A program made the position numbers and the translations under genes. The notes under the pieces were generated by a model that was not told the origin of the DNA, searched no databases, and saw nothing but the letters and a program-made list of their open reading frames with translations. A DNA stretch of 60,794 nt, counting the filler, from Dimargaris cristalligena (lineage: Eukaryota), in assembly GCA_003614675.1 (NCBI GenBank). It is 13 parts of 13 records of this genome, joined end to end, with 100 filler letters (N's around TTAATTAATTAA, not from the genome) between each part and the next. Parts side by side here need not be neighbours in the genome. Positions count along the whole stretch, not along the records: positions 23,567 to 28,162 come from ML003752.1; positions 28,263 to 32,854 come from ML003753.1; positions 32,955 to 37,545 come from ML003754.1; positions 37,646 to 42,217 come from ML003755.1; 9 more parts are not named here. The stretch is one strand, 5' to 3'. Shown here one piece after another: positions 26,501 through 39,132 of this stretch; position 1 is the first letter of the stretch, and each line of letters begins with the position of its first letter.

Positions 26501-28157
26501 TCTTCCAGTTACCATCAGAGTCTGCCAGACCCTAACAGCTATCTGGTTAGCCTATTTACCTATACCTTAGTCTTAGTAGTATTCTTCACCTAGACCTCCC
26601 TCTAGAGTTGTCCCCAGTATATATATCCAGGCCCCATTAGGACTAGTTAGATTCCTTAGCTTTATCCTAACCCCCTAGTTTACCCTAATAAACCCTATTT
26701 ATTCCCACCTCCCCTATACTGACTAGTAAGTGTGTCTGCTACATATCCCTTGCCTATATCTACACTAGAGCCTTTATTAGTTAGTACTATACCTATACCT
26801 GATATTAGTGACCTACTTAGCTAAACCCAAGCCCCATTAACTATTTGAAGCCTATCCTTGGGACTCTTGATGGACTAAGAGTGGTAAACCTGGGCAATAG
26901 TGAACTTACCATATTTTTACCTACTTTTATTTTTTATCTATTTTTTGTACTTATCAGAAGTACGCCCCTGATGAGTATAGTCATTTTTCCTCCATTTTGA
27001 TTAGTATAGTATTTTTTCTATTAGTATATTATATACCCTTAACTATACTGCACCCTTGCCCCTGACTAGACTGTACCCCTGCATTCAAACTGCCCCTGGC
27101 CTGAATGTACCCCTATTCAAAGTGCAGTTAAAAAATACTTCCTCCCTTTCCCTTTTTCCTTCTATTGTTTCATATTAAATTTATTGGTTACCCAAGTATT
27201 ACTTATTCTTTGTGATGACTAATATTATTATCTGGGAACTCCCCTCCCTTTCTCTATTATTTTTCTATCTTTTCATTTAGGCTTCCCCTTTTGAGTATAA
27301 ATATTCTGTTAAAGAATATGTTCCTATGTGTTCTTTATCCTATCCTATTTTCATCTAATTACATTAGTTTATTATATTATTATGAGATCATTCATGTTAG
27401 CCACTTATATTTCACCCCACAGAAAATTAAAGTTCAATAAAACTAACTACCTAGAGGTACCTACTGTCCTCTAGCTGCTTTCTTCCCTTACTTCCAGTTT
27501 TATTTCCTTTAAGTCCTTAGTATTCCAACATATTCCCCCTTACTGCTACCTCTTGGAACAGCAAGTCTATCATTACCTTTCCCTTCTTATTATCTATTTT
27601 TTCAAATAAAATTCAGTTTTTAAGGATTTGACTTCAGTTCTTTACAACTGCACTTTTCAATTATTTAATGAATGTATAATGGAAGTATAAATGACTAGTT
27701 AATACAAATACAGAGATAGCTTTGTCTGTATCTGTGAATTAAAATCTCACCCATGTAGGAATATACCACCATACTTGCCAAGTAGTTGGACTTAACTGTG
27801 CTATTATCTAATAGTAGTATGGTGGTTTAGAAAGGTTTCTGAGTGATACACCATGAAACTCTTATGATAGATGTGGCTCACTCAGTGGGTGTCCCAGTCC
27901 CATGGGCCATCTGAGCATGCAAATTAACTGACAATGGAATTATCATTGAGGTGGATTATGTGTCTGGAGCTACCCTCAAAACTGTGTCAGCATCACTGAA
28001 AAGTGATAAGCCAGATTTCATAGGCATGTAGGTGTGCAATACTATGGATTGTTTACAAACATGTGTACTGTCTGTGGTGAACTTACCACATTTTTTACCT
28101 ACTTTTATTTTTTATCTATTTTTCGCACTTATCGGAAGTATGCCCCTGACGAGTGAA
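23572..28157. repeat. 880-bp inverted duplication (23572-24451 vs 27278-28157)
   Basis: Arms are reverse complements in all stretches compared by eye. Confidence 0.92.
25435..26019 (+). mobile_element. LTR family A, full-length solo LTR (~580 bp); second copy at 26319-26899
   Basis: TGTCAGCCC...GGGTAACA termini; internal TATATATAAC followed by AATAAA. Confidence 0.8.
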
Positions 28158-28262
28158 GAAGCNNNNNNNNNNNNNNNNNNNNNNNNNNNNNNNNNNNNNN
28201 NNNNNNTTAATTAATTAANNNNNNNNNNNNNNNNNNNNNNNNNNNNNNNNNNNNNNNNNNNN

Positions 28263-29725
<1,463 letters not shown>

Positions 29726-31184
29726 AGCGTGTGTAGCCCCTTTTTCCCGGTGCTGGTAATTTCTGTAACTCCCTCTCCCCTCTTACTCTCACTCTCTCTC
29801 TCTTTTTGTTTCCAAACACTTTCGCATCTTTGCCTTATCGTGTACCTCGCCAATCTGCTTATTTATCTTAGTGTGGGTCTCTTTCTCTCTGTCCCACTAC
29901 TCGCATAGTCTGGCCATGCTTCTGATCATTACTATTTCTTTCCATCCGTATCGACTTCCAATGAATTATCCCCAGCCACATTATATCGGCTGAGCTATTC
30001 GTGTCAATTATATTCGAATTAAACACCAAAAGTTTATATATATAGAATTCCCTCTGTACAATGGTTGATTGTGCATGCTAGTTGGTGTGCACATATATTT
30101 AACATTAACAGTGGCATCTAATGCTGTGGTGAGGATTCTTACAAGATGTCATTACTTTAGATTTGCCTACGGGCTGTATACTTGGAGACATCATCTTTAG
30201 AGGATACGGGATAGGATGTTGGCAATGTGATGCACTAGAAATTCAGTATGGGTAGTGGGGTAAGAAAGCCAGTCAAGTTAGGGTGAATCAGCTATAGTGG
30301 CTGAAGGCAGTCAACGTCGTTAAACAACCCGAATAGCTAGACAGTCTCGAATAATTAGCCAGAACCAGACTTGCCATCCCCTCCACCAGCTACTAGTGGG
30401 CCGAACGAGGCATTGGTCCTCGCGGAATTGCCGCGTGTAAATATTTGCGAAGGGTGGCAGTAATCAGTGATGCGGATAGGAATTACCTCCCATAAATCAA
30501 GGCGAAGTCAGTGTGGAGAACTCCAGGAACCTGTATTTGGATGTTGAGATCGGTCCCTAAGGCTATTACTTCAGCTATTTCTTTGTAGTTGAGCTATCCC
30601 AGTGGAGCATGTTTGCTTCTAACGCTTTCAATCGTACATTATACGAGTTGGGTTGTGAATGGGCTGTATACGTATCCACAGAATGAACCATAGCTCAAGT
30701 ATCTGTTTGGGAGGAACCACTATTAGCAACATGCCTAATGTATTTATGTTGAGTCTGGATAGTGAGAGAGTGGAGCGAATCGGATGCTCCGATTCTTACA
30801 TCCCCAGTTAAATATACTATTGTTACCAGCCCTCATGTCAACCACTTGGTTGTCGATACCTATTAAAGGTATGAATGTGCCTAAAATTACAAGACATCCA
30901 CCAACTACAAGTCTTAAAAATGGGTGTTTATTTTAGACAGACAAGACTGGGCATATTAAGACAGCCTAAATTTCGATACTACTGTCCAGAAAAATTACGC
31001 TTAGCCAGTATCATCCGAGCACAATAAATAGTAGCCATGCCCCCTGAGTTGCCTGGGTCTAACATTGTATTGATGAAAACGTAAATGACGGGCACCATTG
31101 TCCATCCTCACAGGGTTAGCAATGCCGATTATAGCCGTGGGTGGTGAGGAAGGACCCGGTTAACCAGCTTCGCGTTACCCAGTC

Positions 31185-31466
31185 CTAAGAAACCGTTTGA
31201 GAGGAAAAAATGAAAGTGACAGTGGATTCTGGCTCGGTAGACGTAGTAGTAGTAGTCGTGGTAAAAAGCCACTCCGGGTCGGAATAGGTAGTGATTGTGT
31301 CGGTGGGCTCGGCCGATGTAGAGGTCGTAAAGGTGGGTTCCGGAGGTCCGCATTTTTGGGAGTCTCCCCGGCGCATTAGTTGAACGCCGTTGCAGTCAGT
31401 AGGAAGGGCTAGGGTGACGCCTTGAATAGCGGCCAGGGCCCAGACGGCGAAGAAAGCGGCCTGCAT
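31185..31466 (-). CDS. Small secreted Thr/Ser-rich protein
   Basis: Signal peptide MQAAFFAVWALAAIQGVTLA, RR dibasic site, two Cys, Thr-rich tail; true 3' end uncertain. Confidence 0.6.
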   Translation of the reverse strand: MQAAFFAVWALAAIQGVTLALPTDCNGVQLMRRGDSQKCGPPEPTFTTSTSAEPTDTITTYSDPEWLFTTTTTTTSTEPESTVTFIFSSQTVS

Positions 31467-33392
31467 GATGGTAAATTTGACGAGTTGGCCGTCTGTTTGA
31501 CTTAAAGGTAATATAGATGGCTGAGGTTATAAAAATAGCAAGATACTATTGTATATTAAAAATAATAATACTCAGGAGCGATAGCGTATTGGTAGAAGAC
31601 ACAATGAATTTCATAAGATTATTATTTCATGACAAAATCGGAATCAGTACTAGCAGAGTGATAAGAACGGATAGGTTGAAATCCTAGAAAGTGATTTCAC
31701 TGACATTTTATATTGTACCCGCTCACCCTCTATAAAGCACCTGTGGAACTCAGCTATTAAGCTTCACTGTAGCCACGCTGAATCCAATGAACACCAATGA
31801 CTAATGCCATATTAAAAACAGGTAAATTGGAATGGCCCAAGTCACAAATATCCATCTTCAAGTTTAACCGAAACGCCACGAAATTCAGCTTAATCCCAAC
31901 AACTGAATGTGCATGCGACTCAGTTGGCGGGTCCTGGAAATACGCTCATTAACAAACCACAATGTCCAACCGCCCTCCTTCGCACTGTAAATGAGTTAAC
32001 CCCACAGGATCTTCAAACAAACAGTCAGTGAGGGCGGGGGAAGGATTCTCCCTATTCTCTTTTACCAATCAATACCGAGACTGAACATGTGGGAAATGGC
32101 CATTGCCATTGGAAACGCTTATAACCAAGGCCTAATGCAGAAAATTCAGTAGGCACATCTTCGCGCCTCCCCAATACAGAACGAAATTTGAAACTGGTTA
32201 GAAATGCCCACTCCCAGCTTGATCCAAAAATGTTCGTTTGGGTGGGTGATTCATCGAGTTATTTTCTTCCATTTATAACTGGGTAAGAAACAATTGAGGA
32301 GAAATACCCTAAGTACATAAAGTGGAGTATCCAGCAAATTGTCTTGTCAGAATGAGCCAGATGGTCATAGGGTATAGGTGCATTTTAGACTGCTCCTGGC
32401 ATTTGGTATAATTGTGGTGCTTCACTAGTCTAGTATCAATTAGAGTCCACACAGGTAGGCACCCTGAGTGCCCAGTACTAGGTGTCATCTCAACCAGTAT
32501 GTTGGGCAAAACAAGATAACAATTAGAGATGCATTAAAGTATAGGTGCTTAGGCTACAGCACTGGTCAGGGGTGGGTATAGAGTGGCTTTATTAGAACAC
32601 ACCTGGTAGGAATAAGTTAAGGAATGAGTAGATTGTAATCCCCAGGGAGAATATGTAAGTAAGGACACCAATGGAGGACTATCCAAGAAAAGCAAAGCAA
32701 ATATTGATATTTGGCTCTGGATCCCAGTTACAGCTAAACTAGCCAACACACTGCATTTACATTATACCTGTGGTGAACTTACCACATTTTTTCCTACTTT
32801 TATTTTTTATCTATTTTTCGCACTTATCAGAAGTATGCCCCTGATGAGTGAATGNNNNNNNNNNNNNNNNNNNNNNNNNNNNNNNNNNNNNNNNNNNNTT
32901 AATTAATTAANNNNNNNNNNNNNNNNNNNNNNNNNNNNNNNNNNNNNNNNNNNNAAGATGTTGATTCGCAAGAAATAAATAGTTTATCGATAAAGTTTTT
33001 CAAAAGATGCTGAAGATGTTGAAAGTTGAATGTTGAATGTTGAAGATGTTGATTCGCAAGAAATAAATAGTGAATGGATGACTTCATGTTCTTGACAAAC
33101 TCATAAGATTTTGAATGTTGATTCGCAACTTTGCAAGAAAGAAAGATAAATGGTTTATCGATAAAAATTTTCAAATGATGCTGAAGATGTTGAATGTTGA
33201 TTCTGGACGCTGAAGATGTTGAATGTTGAATGTTGAATGTTCATCTTTTCAATCTTTTCAATCTTTTCTATCTTATCTTTCGAAGCATTCTATCCATTCT
33301 TTTCTTTCTTTCTTTCGACAAACTCTTTTCGTTCTTCCCATTCCTTTCGAAACATTCTATCCGTTCTTTCGCCAAATTGTGACAATTCCGCA

Positions 33393-33569
33393 CCGCGGTT
33401 ATGGGACTCGTCGCTTTCCATGGTTCCGTTTCAGACGCTTTCCTTTCCTTACCGTGGTAAGGTGACCGGTCGTGTCCCGTGGTTCCGTTTCCTTACCGTG
33501 GTTATGGGACTCGTCGCTTCCCATGGTTCCATGGTTCTGTTTTAGACGCTGTCCTTTCGTTACCGTGGT
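33393..33569. repeat. Imperfect ~65-75-bp direct repeat pair; (TGTTGAA)n microrepeats upstream at 32955-33240
   Basis: CCG.GGTTATGGGACTCGTCGCTT.CCATGGTTCC..TT.AGACGCT.TCCTTTC.TTACCGTGGT occurs twice. Confidence 0.75.
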
Positions 33570-33942
33570 CATATATTAGTCTTTTTTATCAATTTTTTTT
33601 TGTAATGACAGTCAATACGTTACCATGTTCACATGATTTCATTCTTTCGTTCTTTTTTGAAAAATAACAAAAACAACAAAAATAATATATTCAATTCAAA
33701 CATGGAAGAAAACGATTGTGACGTTTTCGCATCTACATCAGCATTCAACATCTAGCGGTGGGACATTTCGGTTCTTCTACATTACGAATCTTCTTGGTCG
33801 CTCCGAACAAAGGTCAGTCGATAAACTACTTCTTTTTTGTCTATTCTGAGTGCTGATGAAATCCGTTTAATGCTGATGAAAATGGCAGGTAGTATTCAAC
33901 ATTCAACATCTATCAGAACATGAAATTCATAAAGGCGTCTAG

Positions 33943-34059
33943 CGGTCACACTGATGACGTATTTTGTGTTGTTTTCTGGTTAATACTCTATATATGTTCC
34001 GGGGTCATTTATTGAAGAGTAACCAGAAAACAGTACAAAATACGTCACCAGTGTCACCG
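33943..34059. repeat. Long hairpin: 40-bp arms with 4 mismatches
   Basis: CGGTCACACTGATGACGTATTTTGTGTTGTTTTCTGGTTA pairs with TAACCAGAAAACAGTACAAAATACGTCACCAGTGTCACCG. Confidence 0.9.
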
Positions 34060-34094
34060 ATTAATGTTGCCTTTTTATGTGATTTTTTTTTTAC

Positions 34095-36668
34095 TTATTT
34101 CTCCTCTTTGTCTTCCTTCAAACAATAACCTTTCCAATATGAACTACGATATTTGTCTCTCTCAACAAATCTACTTTCGTCCAAAAGTTCCTTCATTTTT
34201 TCGAGAAACTTTACTTCGCCGATTTTTGTCTTTTGATTCCGTTCAGATTCATACTTTGTCATGTATCGCTTGTAAGCTTCCACTTTGCTCACAGTATTTG
34301 TCAAATCCTGTGTCTTCTCAATAGACATTTCCACGAATTCTTTTACTGTGTCCTGCTCGTTAATCAAACTTTCTTTCCACTTTTTGCATTCTTTTGGGAT
34401 GTGTCGAAAATTTGTGATCCAATAGTTTTTCAGTCCTTCCAAAGCCCACATCAAAAAATAAGGTCTCCATTGATCGAGCTTCTCGTCGATTTCCTCAGCT
34501 CGATACGTGTAATTTTCATGTTGGTGTTTAAGAAACTGTTCCTCATCTTTGTAAAATCGTGAACGGTGATGGATTATGAGCATTCTGTCCAGAAGAGCGC
34601 TATCTGTGAAATCAAACTGCGGAAAGTTCGCATCGTTGAATAAGAGCAACATTTTTGTTCCCCAAGTGAACTTGGCTATTTTGTCTGAACGAAAGTGTCG
34701 GCCTTCGAACATACTGTTGCCTCCATTTCGATCTTTCAGTTCCTGGTTGTCGAGCATTCTTTTGGGATCCAATTCTTCAAAGCAAGCAACACGAATCCCT
34801 TGATATGCAATCATTCCTGCACTGTGTGAATCCACTGTCTCATTGTGGTTGTCTGTTTTGTAAATAAGTGCGTTTGAACCTTTGCGTGCGTAATCACCTA
34901 ACGCCTTGTTAACGAGTTTCGCTATTGTGCTTTTGCCGTTGTGACCCTTTCTTTTGTCCGTAAACATGGCAAAGATCTTTGCTGGATGGTCACCCAACAA
35001 GCAATAGCCAAGATATCGCTGAACTATTTCCCTTTCATCATCAACGGGATAGATTTGTCGAATGAATGTTTGAAATTCTGTCTTCAAATTTTCGTCGATT
35101 TCCGATGGATTTTCTGGATAACTGTAACCCACAGTTTTCGATATCATATCTCCGGAGGTTCCTTTTCGAAAACTGCAAGTTTTCAAATCAATGACTCCAT
35201 TGTCCAATCCTAGTAAACGAACATTCGCATCGAGATCTGTTGCGAATTTTTCATTATATAGTACGAATCCAACTGATTTAGTTATATTTTCCAAATTTTT
35301 CTGTCGTTTGAGATATCTTAACCCCTTCTTGACGTTTAAGTATTGATCTTTCGTTGCTTGCTTATCTTTTTTGGGACCATCTTTCATCTCAAGAAAATGC
35401 ATTCTTTGACTGAGATAAGTACCCATTTGTTCCAATATTCCGACAAGAAGGGAGTCCAGGCAATTTCCAACTTTTTCTAAGCTGACCTCTGACCATTTCC
35501 CGTTTTCGAATCCAAAGAATTGGCGATTCTTTGTCCAAAACAGGACGCCCCGATAAATTTTCCCGAATAGACTAGCATAATCCCGATCTGCTTCGGGGCA
35601 ATCGATGATTTTTTTCAACGTGCTCAATTCTTTCATTTCCATCATTTCAAAATGGCATTTATCGGAATAGTTTTTCACCATAAACGTCTCCGGGACTATC
35701 TGAACACAGTACCAATTGTTGGAATCGTGTTTGTGTTCGAGGCAGATTTTACAATTCACATCTCGACAAGCATCGAAATTAAAGCCATGTTCTGTGTGGT
35801 TGATCATTTTCAATTTTTCAAAGCCAAATTGCTCAACCAATCGTTTCTCCACTGTATTCCAATCGGTGACAAGATTCGATAAACTCATCGGAGGGACGTT
35901 AATGTTAAGATAGTTGATGTAATTATTTGTTTGGTTCATCTCTTTTTCATTGAATTGCATTGCCATTGCGGATTCATCACCGATTGTTTCAATATGGCAT
36001 GTCTTTATCCTTTTGTTTGATTCACCATAATGTGTTTTCTTAACTATTGACACCGCGGGAGAGGGTTTCTGGGCTACAACCAGCTCCTTTTCGTCTCCAT
36101 ACATGTATTGAGCGAGAAAAGCGCGTTTTTCAGATTGGTGAGTGATTGCACTGAGGGGTCTTTTGTCGAAATCGAACTTGTGCGCATTGATGCACCCCAA
36201 GCATTGATTTTTTCCATAAGGAGCGGTGTCAAGTTCCGCAGGTTTTTCATTTGAAAAAGTGTTCACGATGTGTTTTTTTATGTCTGCTACTTTTGCTTTG
36301 TAACCTTTGGTGTAAGCTCGCAGACTTATTACGTGATATGCATTTTTTTTTCCCTCGTCTTTGATCTTGTATCCCGAACGTTCAGCATATGCCGTTTCCG
36401 CGCCAGGAAGAAGCTTTTCTATAACTTGTTGGAATTTTAAAAGCTGCTCTTGAATCATTTCCTCCGTGGCTTCTTTTTCACATTTCACATCCCAATCAAA
36501 GTACGGCCTGACTATTGGATTCTCTTCCAAAAATTCATTGTACATGAACCCCACTCGTTTCTCAGAGATTTTTTCGAATTCTTTTGCTGTCAGGATAACT
36601 CGATTTTTGTCGCGTAGCCCATGTAACTGTTTGATAAACGTCATTCTCTGTTCTTTGTGATCATCCAT
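34095..36668 (-). CDS. D5-like primase-helicase (AEP + Zn cluster + SF3 helicase), viral type
   Basis: PYFDWD, DTAPYGKNQ, CKICLEHKHDSNN, LDANVRLLGLDNGVIDL (D5_N), Walker A GHNGKST, Walker B ACFEE, motif C LLFND; intronless 857 aa. Confidence 0.92.
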   Translation of the reverse strand: MDDHKEQRMTFIKQLHGLRDKNRVILTAKEFEKISEKRVGFMYNEFLEENPIVRPYFDWDVKCEKEATEEMIQEQLLKFQQVIEKLLPGAETAYAERSGYKIKDEGKKNAYHVISLRAYTKGYKAKVADIKKHIVNTFSNEKPAELDTAPYGKNQCLGCINAHKFDFDKRPLSAITHQSEKRAFLAQYMYGDEKELVVAQKPSPAVSIVKKTHYGESNKRIKTCHIETIGDESAMAMQFNEKEMNQTNNYINYLNINVPPMSLSNLVTDWNTVEKRLVEQFGFEKLKMINHTEHGFNFDACRDVNCKICLEHKHDSNNWYCVQIVPETFMVKNYSDKCHFEMMEMKELSTLKKIIDCPEADRDYASLFGKIYRGVLFWTKNRQFFGFENGKWSEVSLEKVGNCLDSLLVGILEQMGTYLSQRMHFLEMKDGPKKDKQATKDQYLNVKKGLRYLKRQKNLENITKSVGFVLYNEKFATDLDANVRLLGLDNGVIDLKTCSFRKGTSGDMISKTVGYSYPENPSEIDENLKTEFQTFIRQIYPVDDEREIVQRYLGYCLLGDHPAKIFAMFTDKRKGHNGKSTIAKLVNKALGDYARKGSNALIYKTDNHNETVDSHSAGMIAYQGIRVACFEELDPKRMLDNQELKDRNGGNSMFEGRHFRSDKIAKFTWGTKMLLLFNDANFPQFDFTDSALLDRMLIIHHRSRFYKDEEQFLKHQHENYTYRAEEIDEKLDQWRPYFLMWALEGLKNYWITNFRHIPKECKKWKESLINEQDTVKEFVEMSIEKTQDLTNTVSKVEAYKRYMTKYESERNQKTKIGEVKFLEKMKELLDESRFVERDKYRSSYWKGYCLKEDKEEK

Positions 36669-36820
36669 TTTGGTCTTCTATAGACCTCTACTTTTACAAA
36701 TGATATATTTTCACTGCCTCAGACGCACCTGTCTATTTATAACCAAAAGCATTCGCATCATTCTATAACAAATTTCGAAATTGAAGATTCGAAATCTACA
36801 TCTTTTCATTCTACAAGATC

Positions 36821-37327
36821 ATGAATCTATCGATAAATCAAGACACGAAGAGCTCTGGCATTGTCGACCAAAATGTTGACAATGTCGACCAAAATGTTGA
36901 ACTAAATGTTGACAATCTCGACCAAAATGGAAAAGATTCGATTTCGATCTCCGCAATCACGACCCAACAGCAACCTACACAAACAAAAACAAAAAATGTT
37001 GATTTCGAGCTCTTCGTTTCTAGAATGTATAAGAAAAATTCTTTGACACCCATCGCTGAAATCACACAAAGAAATTATGTCAAATCACTTAAACGCCTCG
37101 AATCGATTGGCGCATTGCAGTACGTTTTCCAACCGTTGAAATGCATCGAAATCATTTCCGAAAACAACGGTGAAAAATCTGTTCGCAATTATGCCATGGC
37201 TATTGTCAAATTTCCTTGCGTCCTTGAAGTTGAAGAAATGAGTCACATTTGGCCTGATAACAACGATTTCTCTTTTCCTAAAGTCAATCGCATTTTGGGT
37301 CACTATCGGCTATTCTTGTTATCTTGA
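36821..37327 (+). CDS. Hypothetical viral-type protein with VDQNVDN repeats; weak resemblance to an integrase N-terminal (SAM-like) domain
   Basis: 168-aa ORF divergent from the helicase; IAEITQRNYVKSLKRL; GAAATTGA about 40 nt upstream. Confidence 0.5.
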   Translation: MNLSINQDTKSSGIVDQNVDNVDQNVELNVDNLDQNGKDSISISAITTQQQPTQTKTKNVDFELFVSRMYKKNSLTPIAEITQRNYVKSLKRLESIGALQYVFQPLKCIEIISENNGEKSVRNYAMAIVKFPCVLEVEEMSHIWPDNNDFSFPKVNRILGHYRLFLLS

Positions 37328-37645
37328 TCTCTTGATCCATGTATGATGTAGCTAACCAATTCGAACCCCACTGTTTTGGCCTCTTCATGTTTGCTATTTT
37401 TTTCCTCTGTTTATGTTCTCCCTGCTCGTCATGTTCCTGATTCATCAAGTGGTTTCTCTTTCATTTCATTCATTAGATTCTTTCGAATTCTTTTCATTCT
37501 TTCCAATCATAGAAGGATAGAATCCTTTCTTTTCTTTCGACAAATNNNNNNNNNNNNNNNNNNNNNNNNNNNNNNNNNNNNNNNNNNNNTTAATTAATTA
37601 ANNNNNNNNNNNNNNNNNNNNNNNNNNNNNNNNNNNNNNNNNNNN

Positions 37646-39132
37646 AGCCAGACCCGACTCTAAGCATATTGGGCAACCATTACGCAGAACTGAAGGATTG
37701 GGCCAACAGCGTGGAGTATGTACCGTCTAGCCAAATGGTCCCCGAAGATTTTGCCATCATGTTCCCTATGGTTGCCCGTGCGCTTAAAGCAGGTACGGGT
37801 GAAATCCCCGAGTTAGATACGTTGATCGTCAGAGTGAATTCCATTGACTATGGACCCGGCCATGACTCGGTATCCAGTGGACTTCCTGATCTGGTCAGCA
37901 CTAACCTACCTAACGACTTGACTCGACAAACTCTGCGCCGCATCCCCTATTTGGTGCAGAGCCACCTGGCCGCCCATTTCGTGGTCCACAAGAATTTGGG
38001 CGGGTTCAAACAAATTATCCGCTCCTGGATTGCCAGCGATCGCAACGACCCCACCCCTTCTAGCTCAACGCCGGTCTTCGAAGATTCCAAGTTGGAACTT
38101 ACGAATATGCCGTTGACTGGTGGGGTATTGGATGTGGGCCTTGGATCTCTAGATTCTATTTTGGCTATTAGAAGTCAGGGATTTGACCCCCAAAACAATG
38201 ACCCTTTAGATACTAGCGGAGATTATCCTCTCTACAACGGTAGATCCCGCCTGCCCATCGCGACCCTCTTTATGTGGGCTCTGGAATACGAAATAATTGA
38301 GGCCGAAGAATTGTTCACCGAATTTGGTAACCCTTTCCTCAAACGTGATCTTCCGTGTTTCTTGGCTCTTGGTTTCCAAGTCACCTATTCAAGTGTGGGT
38401 CTAGATTACAACGACGAGCCACTTCTTAGCCCCAAGGAGCAGTTTGGGTGCTATCAACAATTTACTTTCCAGGGCTATATCGCTATGCCGCCGAATGATC
38501 ACGAGCCCGAATCTGTCGAGATCTGGGTTCGTCATAATCGCAAATTGAACCCCGAAGAGGGCCTGGAACCTGGCGATGATGGTGAAACCACTGCGACTCT
38601 AGAAAAGAAATTGGGAGAGCTCCTGGAATTGGTCGACGATTCGGAAGACCTGCAAGATTTGGACGAAATTGATACTCGCATATATCCTATTCTGACGTGG
38701 GCCCGATCCTTTGGTACTGCAATTCACTATCTGAAAAATAGCACCTTGGCTGAGTCTACCGGGATCAACCAGGAGACAACCTACAGAAACGAAAGCCCAA
38801 TCCCCATCGCTCCCGAGGATCTCATCCGCGGAGTCAACAAAATCATAGAACTGCTAAAGTTCCTGATGTCCAAAATTGAAATGAGGGAATCATATCTAAC
38901 CTCTATTGACGGTAAAATGGACACGGTCATGGCCGATGTCGCCGAAGAAGACTCCATTAGTTATTCCTCAGAATCAGAACAAGACGACGACTTGGTAGAC
39001 ACTATTCACACAATGGCTGACGATATTCTTGTTGAACTGACAAACGGGCTGCAAATCCTCAGCGAAAAATATTTATTCAGGGCCGCGATTCTAGAGGGGT
39101 TGAAAGGATATCAAACTCCAGTGAATATTTAA
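37646..39132 (+). CDS. Acidic hypothetical protein, 5' truncated
   Basis: Frame of over 490 codons open from the contig edge; no motif recognised. Confidence 0.75.

Noticed and set aside
33393-33569. CRISPR-like repeat-spacer array
   Set aside because: Only two full imperfect units, no unique spacers, no cas genes
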